Source of the DNA: Camelus ferus
Taxonomy: Eukaryota
Direction: 5' to 3'
DNA length: 64,000 bases
NCBI RefSeq assembly: GCF_009834535.1
Contig: NC_045713.1
Location: forward strand, 29,078,001-29,142,000
Part shown: piece by piece, positions 49,156 to 58,042 of the stretch
Layout of the letters: each line of letters opens with the position of its first letter
How positions within the stretch are numbered: position 1 is the first letter of the stretch
The notes under the pieces: model-generated
What the model was told of the DNA's origin: nothing
The model's input: the letters and a program-made list of their open reading frames with translations, nothing else
The model's database searches: none
Made by a program: the position numbers and the translations under genes

Positions 49156-49869
49156 CAATGCCCTTAAGAAACTGAAAACGATTTTGCCCATCAGTGTGCA
49201 CGACCCCACAGCAAATGCAGGAAAGAGCGAGCTATACACATATAAGAAGGGTTACGGGAACATCACCAGGATTCATACCCACTGTCTCCTTTAAATCTCA
49301 GCCTCATGTTGCCGAGGAGAGCACTAAGGCATTGCACCGTTAAGTAAGTAGCCCAAGGTTGCTGGCTGAGCACGTGGTTCTCTGGCCTCCAAAGTCTTCA
49401 TCTTTACCTAAATGCTGGTGATTTGCATTTTTGAAAGCTTTCCTTTTTTTTAGCAGCAGAATCCTTTCGTCATTAAAATCATACGGAAAACCTTTATACA
49501 CAAAACCAATCAAACTGGTGCTGTTATGACTATATGGAGGGCAGGGATCCTGGAGCTGTGCCCAGCCTTGCTTGAGACCCCAACCACCGTGCACAGAGTT
49601 TTCAGCAAAACACCTGCACAGCTCCACTTGGTCTCCAGAAAGCAGGACCACAGACTGACTTCAAGGTGCCTAGAATCTAGGGCCCTCTCTCCGAAAGTTT
49701 TGTGTGACATGCACGCTCTATTAGCTCACCATCACAGATCAACACCAGTACAACATGCAGGTCGCACACGACCCTCCCAGTGACATGTGATTCAGCCTGG
49801 CGGCGTCCTCCCTGCACCATGCCCGCCCTCCCCACCCCCCAATGCCGGGACTCAGGACGATCGACTCAC

Positions 49870-49990
49870 TCAGATCTAGGACATCGTCTGTTTTGATCAG
49901 GTCCTCCTCCCGTGTCAGAGGCAGCTGGGTCTCGGGCTCTCCTCGCAGTTGCAGTGATAGGGAACGGAGCATGAAGAACACCCGGATGGC
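49870..49990 (-). CDS. CLEC16A: CLEC16A coding exon (exon 19 equivalent), 121 nt, phase 0-1, AIRVFFMLRSLSLQLRGEPETQLPLTREEDLIKTDDVLDL
   Basis: gcgtccag|GCC ATC CGG...GAT CTG A|gtgagt. The terminal A joins AC of the next exon to give AAC (Asn). Confidence 0.98.
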
Positions 49991-52900
49991 CTGGACGCAC
50001 AGTTCAGAGGGCAGAGAAGAGTGAAATCGAAGTCATTTCGGTGAGATGTTCCATATGGGAAAATCACATAGTGACTCTTGCTTTAAAACAAACCAACCAA
50101 AACAAAACAAAGCCCACGTCTCCCAGTATTGTGGTTCTGGTGCTTTCAGAGCAAGATAAGAAAACAAAGGACACAGCCTGTTTCAACTATCCACAGGTTC
50201 CAGTTTGGGCCACTTCACCTCACTGAGCACCTGTCATTTGCCAGGACCTTTCCTCTAGTGTTGTGTTACCTTCATAGCACCCCTGCTCAGCAGGCAGCCC
50301 TGCTTCACAGACGATGCCCTTAGACCCAAGGAGGAGAAGTGATGTGCTCCAGGCTCACATCTAGGCAGGGCAAGAACCAGGCCTCTTCCAACTAAACCAG
50401 CATGGAATTTGGAAATCCAAATCACAAGTGTTTCAAGGTCCCACCTACTGAATGTGGGGGTTGGGGGAAGACAGAAGGTGAGATGCTGGTGGGGTTCAGA
50501 GCTAGCCAGACTAGATCAAAACCCTACCCTTTCCTGGCCGAGCCCTTCCCCTGGAAGCCTAGGCCCCTTGGCCTTACAATAGGGGTTGTACCACAGGGGG
50601 TGTGCTGCTGACGGGCCAGAGGACCTGGCACCTGAAAGGTGTGCAGCAAGTCAGTGCCCTGAGAGCCCCTCAGACTTCCCCAGATAGCTTTCTGGGGACA
50701 GAGGTGGCCCCATCAGCACAGGGATCTCTGGCCCACCAAAGAGGAGTCTCAGTGGAATTGAGTGTAGCCAGGCAGTTTCAGAGAGCAGACAAAGCAGAAT
50801 CCCAGGCCCCGGAAGCCAGAGAAGCTTGTACAAAAAGCAGCCTTCATCCTGGGGCTGGCCTGGCCTGGAGGTCCCCTCCCCTTGAGTCCTAGGTTGGGGC
50901 TGACTTGTCCACCAACCAGAGGCCAGGAAGCAGAGGGGCATCCACAGGGGAGGTGGCCTCCGGGTCACTTTCCCTAACCCGTAGTTGGAGGGCCTGCCTG
51001 AGGGAAACAGCTTGAGAGTCAGACATACAAAGTCCATGCTGGACTCCCAGCTCTACCACGTTGGGCGAGGCCGTGAGCTTCAATTTCCTCATCTGTGAAA
51101 TGGGGGTTGGGTCCTCTACTGCTCAGGGCTGCTAAGAGGTTCTGAGATGGTGCTGGCGGGGAAGCAGTCTGCACATATTCCGTAAAGGGGTGACTGCCCC
51201 TTACTCCAGCCACTCCAGAGCCGAGCACGGGGAGGGCATGGGCACAAACCACTGTCGCAACTGGGGAGCCACACAGCCCAATTCTTGGCCTCCTTTTTCC
51301 AGTTCTGAGGCTGTAGGCCTGGCCCACGGAGAGGGGAGGCTGCCCTTTATATGACAAGGTGCCTCCTGAGACAGGGGATGGGGGACAGATTACAGCAAAA
51401 CATGATTTATTTATTAAGCCCAGTTAGGTGCCAGGCGCTGTGGGCAGCTTGCTGCAATAGGAAGAAATGGAGCTGAGAGGGGCACAGTGACCAAGTTCAC
51501 ACAGCTGATGAGAGGCTGAGCTGGAGTCTGAACCCAGGTATGTCTGACACTTGGTCACTTAAACAAATACACGAGGAAATTCAAACACCCATGCTAGCCC
51601 AAGTGCAGAATGCCCAAGATGTGAGTGGTCACTTGAAGTCTTTGGCAGTTTGAGCTCCCAAATAAGGAGTCATGACCTCAGAGATGAGGGGAAAAAACAG
51701 GAGAAAAAGGCCCATCACAGTCAGGTCCACGTTGAGAGGATGCTTCATTTCTGCCTCAAAAGCCCATTCCTCTTGGGGTTCTGAAGGCAAAGCAATCAAG
51801 CAGAACCCAAGCTGGGGGATGAGAAAAGAGAAACGTATGTGGCTTTCTACAGCCCATCACTCTGAAAACCAGAAACCTCCCAGTATAAAAGGAGTTTGGA
51901 ATTTGGCTTCTAATGTCATAGACCTTTTTGGTTAAACATCTGCTTTTGCTCTTCAAGCAACAAATGGAAGATATTTCCAGAAATACAAATAATAATAATA
52001 AAATAATTAAAAATATAAACCAAAATAACGCCCCCCCCCCCCCGTTTTTCTGGTTTTCCATACTTTTCTTGGTTCCTGCCCCAACCCTCAGAGAAGGAGG
52101 GATGCGTGAGCAGCCCGCGCCCACGAACGGGAGGGCGGATTCCCACAGGCCAGGTATTCCACTTGGGCACAAGCCAGGCTCCTGTGGGTGTCTATAGTGT
52201 TTGGCTGACCAGCCCCACAACTCCGAGAATCCACAAAGGAAAGAACAGATACCAGGACAAGGGTCATCAAATCATCCCACTGCCCCCTGTGACAATCACC
52301 ACCCCCTCTGCTTACCCATGGCCTGCCAGGGTTGGGGGCTGCACCATGTGACCTCAATCAAGCCTTTTTTTTTTTTTTTTTTCCAATCAAGCCTTTTAAC
52401 AACCCTGCATGGTTCCCAACTTATAGACAGGAAACCAAAGCCCAGCGATGTTAGGCAGCCTGCCCGAAGGTGATTCAACTAATAACCAGACTCCAAAGTC
52501 TGTGTTCTTCCAACCACGTGTCTTTGCCTTCAAAAGACTGAAGGCTTGGGACTCAGGCTTTTAATGAGTGCTTTTCTTGACTTCGCTAAATAAATGTACA
52601 AATTAAAAAAAAGTATTCCTGAAAAGGAAAAAGGAATTCTTATTCTTTCAAGTGCTCCTATAGAATGCCAGGAACACGGACTCTGGACGAACAGATTAGA
52701 TTTGGAAAGGGGTGACAGCTGAGCAAGCCCAAATATAGAGAAGAGGCCCGTCCAGTTTGCTTCCACACAGCTGGGAGCAAACACCGGCAAGGAGAGTTGT
52801 GGAATGAGTCCCGGGAGTGGGGCAGGAGGACGGCTTCCTAGTCAGACAGACCTTGGCTCAACCTGGGGTCAAGTGAGTCACATGAACTTCCTGAACCCGG

Positions 52901-53129
52901 GATGAAGCTCTGGAAATGGGGTACTCAACACCCCGATCACGAGGCCACTGCAAAGGTGCAATGAGATAGCTTAGGGGACACCCTGAGCCCTGGGGCCGGC
53001 CCTGGAGCAAACACTCAGTCCATGCCTTCTGTCCCACTTCCCTTGCCCCACTTGCAAGCTGAGGAGTGAAGGCGACAGTCACTCAGGTTAGAAGCGCACT
53101 GAGGCCACAGATGGGGCTGTGAAAGTCAG

Positions 53130-53480
53130 TCATTCTTAAAAGAGTGCTGAAGCAGTTTAAAGTGGGCATAGCCCTTTGGGAAAGCAATTTGGCAATATGT
53201 AGAGAGTCACAAAAAAAATGTGCATACCCTTTGAACCAGAAATTCCACTTCTGGGAACTTATCCTAAAGAAATAAGCCAAAAGAAAGGAAACACTGTATT
53301 CGTGAAGCTGCTCATTACAGTTTAGTTGAAAATAATGTAATATTGGAAGCAACCAAAATGTCTACCAGCCAGAAAATGCCTAAGTAAATTACGGCAGAAG
53401 CCACGAGATAAACTTTTCTGCAGTGTTAAGACGTTTGACCTATTCAGACTGTATCACAATGTCAAAAACCTCCTGTTCTA
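53130..53480 (+). mobile_element. Old L1ME fragment
   Basis: ccctttgggaaagcaatttggcaatatgta...cataccctttgaaccagaaattccacttctgggaacttatcctaaagaaata. Confidence 0.75.
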
Positions 53481-54162
53481 CATGGAGAGAGAAAAGTGGC
53501 GAGGATGAAAGCAAGTCCATGGTTCACGCCCCCTGCATGCAAGAAAAGACGTGTTTGCAAACAAAGGTGGGAGGAGACACATAAAACGTCTGTGCTGTTT
53601 GTTTAGGCTGATGAAATCGCAGGAAATTCTTTCCCTCAACTTTCGAAACTTTATGAGATGTTACTGTATTTTCTTTAATGTGTAATACACATCCAAAAAG
53701 TAAAAGCAAAATATTCTACTTCCTCAAGGTCAATAGTGATAAACATAAAAATTGTTTGTGGTTTTACAAGGCAACAGGCACACAGAATGCAGGGACAAGA
53801 TATTCATGCAAATATCTTTATTTCATAATGGCTTCCACGGCTACTCCATAAAGATGATTAGTGGCCTAAATTTATTTAGATTTTGGTATTCACCAGAAAG
53901 TCCTCTCCCTCTCTTTTCTCTAGCATTGGCTTAAGTAGATTTAGATAATTAAAAACTTGATTTGTTTCCCACCTAAGATGCCAGAATGCTCTGCCATGGT
54001 TCTGCCACCTCACAGCTGCTCCCATATACTCTGGGCAAGAGCTGAGAGGCAGGACACATGAGGAACCTGAGGCTCAGGGAGGTTAAGTAACTTGCTCAAG
54101 GTCACACAGCTAAAGCTGGGATTGAACCTTGGTTGGTCTGAATCATGAGCCTGTGTTCTGTC

Positions 54163-54301
54163 TTTTTTGGGGGGGAGGGTAGGCAATTAAGTTTTTTTTT
54201 TTTAATTACTTTTTTTTTTTTTAAATGGAGGTACTGGGGATTAAACCAGAACCTCATGCATGATAAGCATGAACTCTACCACTGAGCTACACCCTCCTCC
54301 T
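54163..54301 (-). mobile_element. vic-1-type SINE, copy 4, nested in a MIR
   Basis: Reverse complement of the same consensus; 12-bp TSD ctgtgttct(g/t)tc at 54151-54162 and 54302-54313. Confidence 0.9.
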
Positions 54302-54589
54302 CTGTGTTCTTTCTTAACTGCTTCTCTCAGCTGTCCTTACACGTGGGGTAGGTCCAGCTCAAGTCCAAGGTTCTGCTTGCATGTTCTCTTCAGACCCCAG
54401 TAGTTTCCAAGACCTCATTTCAACATGGATTTCCCTTCTCAGCCGGGATGGCTCAGTGGGACTCTTGCTCCCTGGGTTTTATTTTTCATTATTTGTTCTG
54501 TCTATTCAGGCATCTTGCACGGTGCGTGGCACCTAGAAAATGCTCGACAGATATGTTGAAGGAAAGAATAAACAGTGTAACTTGCAAAA

Positions 54590-55060
54590 TGCAACGGGGA
54601 AAGCATGACTCTCTTGCCAGATGCCTCCGCATGGCCTGGAAGGCCCTCCCTCCTGCCCCTGTCCCTCACTCTGCTCCAGGTCCCTGCTCCTCGGACACGA
54701 CTTACTCTTTGGCATCTCACACCTTTGCACTCACTGCTCCATTGGTCTGGAAAGTGCCCCCTTTAAGTCTCTGCACAGCTGGCTCCTTCTCACTCTTTAC
54801 CTTTCTGCTCAGACATCACCTTGGCAGAGCAGCTTCAGATCACCTCCAAAGCGGTGCCACCCTGTTTCCTCCAGGGCCCTCCCTGCAGTCTGGTATCAGC
54901 CTTGTCATTTGCTTACTTGTTGACAAACTTTCCTCCCTCCGTGGAACGTGAGGTCCAGAGGCTAGGCCATCTGCCCCGTTCACTTCTGCACCCTCAGGCC
55001 CAGCACCTGGCACACAGTAGGGGTCCAGTGGTTCTTTGATGAATGTATGAAGGAATGACT
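54590..55060 (+). mobile_element. L2 3'-end fragment
   Basis: cctttgcactcactgctccattggtctggaaagtgcc...cagcacctggcacacagtaggggtccagtggttctttgatgaatgtatgaaggaatga. Confidence 0.75.
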
Positions 55061-56379
55061 TACCAGTAAGGGTGCTCTGATCTTCTCTGACAAGTCTTTA
55101 AGGAAAATAAAGGGTAGGATTTCTGAAAAGGGTCAGCCTCCTAAAAGTTAGAAAAGTCTACGCTTGGCAAAAAAAAAAAAAAAAAAGAAAAAGAAAAAGG
55201 AAAAGAAAATCTTTGAATCCAAAAGGACGAAATGGAATGTTCTCTGGGATACAAGCAGAGAACTTGAAACAAACCACATAAGCCCTCAATTGCTTGCTAA
55301 ACCATACACTTCCTTTAGCTCAAATTCAAAGCACACTGCTGTGTTCTGATGTCTGAAATGGCTAAGGAGCTAAGCTTCTGGAGGATTCCAGACAGCTGCC
55401 TTGCATCAGGAACTGGACTGACATGAGGGGCTAAAATTCCCCTTTATAAGTGGGAGTCTGGAAGTCACAAAGGGAAGCCTCTCCAAGGTGGATGGCTCTG
55501 CTCTGAGGTGGCCAGCCCTGTTTTATCTCATCCTGCCACCATCTCCCTGGCTCTAAACCCCCGGGCCTTGGGACTTGAGAGTTGCTTTTATAAACTCATT
55601 GTTTATAAGTTTATAAGGCTGAGTGAGAGACCCCGGGGAGCCTGGGTGTCCAGGTGCTCTGCCTGGGCTTCAGTTAGCAGTTTGGGCCGTGCAGCCCAAC
55701 GAGGGCAAGGCACTTGAACTGAGATGTGAGGGCAAGGGAAGAAGAACCCCTGCCCCAGGGTGTTTCTGCCTTTTGCTATGTCCTCGCGACAGCTCTGGCA
55801 GGACAGGCCCTACTGCTTTCTAGGTGAGGAGACAATGGCTCAGAAGGCAGCAGGAACCCCAAAGCCCCAGCAACCCTCCCTCTGCCATACACCTCGCCCC
55901 TGAATTTCTCCTGTGGACCAGGACCGTCCACCTCAAGCCAGCAGGGCATGATTTCGGGAACCAGCTAACAATGCCAAGGTCCTTGTCGGGCTCTTAGACC
56001 CTGGAGATCTGCCTCCTCCGGCCCCTCCAACCCCATCACTTCCCACGTAGCCTCCCTCACGCTAGGCTCCAGCCACGGTCCCCTCCTGGGAGGTGCTGGA
56101 ATGTGCCACACCTCCAGCTGCCCAGACTTCTCCACAGTCTGGGCTTAAGGACCATCCCTCTGTGCTGCTCCACCTCCTCCTCCAGGTAGGATTAGGGACC
56201 TGACCCCATGCTCCTTTAGGAACGGTCCTGGACCATGGTTTGATGCTGCCTCTTTCCCACCTTGCCCTCTAGACTCTGATTCCTTGAGAACTGGGGCTGG
56301 GTTTCTGTGTCCCTGGTGTCCAGCACTGAATAGGGCTAATAAACACAATGAAGGCAGCGGTGGGAGGCAGGGGTCATAG

Positions 56380-56600
56380 TCGTCACACTGTTGGGGCTGA
56401 ATCCTGGCTCTGATACTTATTAGCTGGGGGATCTTGAGCAAATCACTTGACCTCTTCGTGCCTCAGTTTCTTCCTCTGTTAGGTGAGGGTAATACTAGTG
56501 CCAGTCTCCGAGGGCGGTTGTAGAATCACATGAGGAAATTCTTGTAAAGAACTGGTATGAATGATCCACTTTATCACAAAGGTTATGAGCTCATGTAACT
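56380..56600 (+). mobile_element. MIR SINE
   Basis: tgaatcctggctctgatacttattagctgggggatcttgagcaaatcacttgacctcttcgtgcctcagtttcttcctctgt. Confidence 0.85.
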
Positions 56601-57271
56601 ATTAAGAAGACCTGACAGACTATGGGCCAAAATGAAGGCAAGAGAACCTGGGGGACAGGGTCCTCTCTGGCCTGGGGACATGACAGACCAAGGTAACAGT
56701 GCGGCTTCGCTGTTACCTTGCTGGGGAGCATCTCCCAGGCTAACCAGAGGCTAAGGGTGAGTGTCCCGCTCCGTGAAGGAGTCGCAGACACAACACTCAT
56801 GTCAGAACCAGTCCCCCAGTAAAAGCCGACACCAAGAATGCCCAGTGTAAACACTGCCACCCACAAATACAACCGTGCACCGGGCCACGGGGCCTGCAAC
56901 CCTGGCCAGGAGCAGAAGGAAGGAAGGCGTCACTGGCTCAGGCAGGGTGGGTCCTGTGGTGAGGTCTGTGGGTTTGGTCAGACAGCAGGGAATGTGGATT
57001 GACTTCAGACACATGGGCCCAACTTCCTTTGCCTCCACCCTGTCCCACCCCACCCCCCAGGCTTCCAAGGCAAAATCGCCAGCAGGAAGGCCACAAAATC
57101 CTCTGAGGCAGATCCAGCAAGTCAATCCTGCTTCTCAAAATCCACGTTAAACACCTCTGCCACTCTGGCTACACCTGGATTAATTCAGAGGAAGACAGGC
57201 TGATGATGCACCCGAGTGAAATGAATTCCTCTAATTTTTTTCACCAACCTGCACATCTCCAGGGAATGATT

Positions 57272-57407
57272 TTCTAGGAAAAGGTTATGGTGCTTTCTAA
57301 GAAAGAAACTGTGATCGTACGAGTGAGATAAAATACCGTGAACAGCCCTGTGAGACAGCTTCAGAAAAAAAGTGCTGATAACGGAAGCTGCAGCTGAGTT
57401 CTGAGAA
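57272..57407. promoter_or_regulatory. Candidate STAT5-responsive intronic enhancer (3 GAS, 2 GATA, ETS, E-box)
   Basis: TTCTAGGAA 57272, TTCTAAGAA 57295, TTCTGAGAA 57399, AGATAA 57326, TGATAA 57376, CGGAAG 57382, CAGCTG 57391, in non-repeat sequence. Confidence 0.5.
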
Positions 57408-57913
57408 CTAATCTGCTTCTACACACCTCCCTCCCGCAGGCCGGCCAGAATCACAACTTCATTTGCGTGTGCCTCGCCCCAAGATCACTCAGATACCTTA
57501 ACGCCATGCCACCTCTGGGGGTCCCGGGTCCCAAGCCTCTCTGGGCCAAGATTTCACAGCAGCCTCACCTGCGCTGCACCGACAGCTCACTCCCCCACGC
57601 TCCTTCTGCCCACCCTCCTTCCTCTCACAGAGCCCTGGGGTTGGGCCCGAGCTCTGCACCAGCAAAGGCAACCTGCCTGCAACTGACATCCGGTGCCAGA
57701 TGCAATGGAATGTCAATCTCTGCTTTAAGAAAGGGCCGAGTGCTCTGGAAAGTGAGGCTGGGTGGCAGGGTATGAGGGAGATGCTGTCCCTGGCTATCCA
57801 AATGTGTGTTGCCATTTGCCATCTGGATGTGATCAGAGCCCCTTCCCTCCCTGCCCCGGGAGGGCTCCTGGCTGACAGCTGCCCAGGAGAGGCCAGCTCC
57901 AGGGCTCACTCAC

Positions 57914-58042
57914 CCGCCGGGTCTTCTCCACGTCACCACACGGCAGCCGCTTCACAAAGTCAATGCCCGTCAGCGGCGTGCCTGTTGGGGGCAGCAGGAT
58001 GGAGGCGTCCATCATGAGATACTCCACATTCATGGGCTTCAT
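57914..58042 (-). CDS. CLEC16A: CLEC16A coding exon (exon 18 equivalent), 129 nt, phase 0-0, MKPMNVEYLMMDASILLPPTGTPLTGIDFVKRLPCGDVEKTRR
   Basis: tcttctag|ATG AAG...CGG CGG|gtgagt. Contained in the ORF-track entry 57833..58042(-) and matches the recalled human peptide. Confidence 0.98.

Larger units (their letters stand above)
128..49869 (-). other. CLEC16A: CLEC16A intron (intron 19 equivalent), 49,742 nt, phase 1
   Basis: GT at 49869-49868 and AG at 129-128 on the minus strand; the flanking exons join in frame with no intervening exon needed. Confidence 0.93.

Noticed and set aside
128-49869. Recursive splice sites (py-tract AG|GTRAG) in the long intron
   Set aside because: Minus-strand CAG|GTRAG matches (for example at 793, 17654, 45334, 47023) lack adequate pyrimidine tracts.
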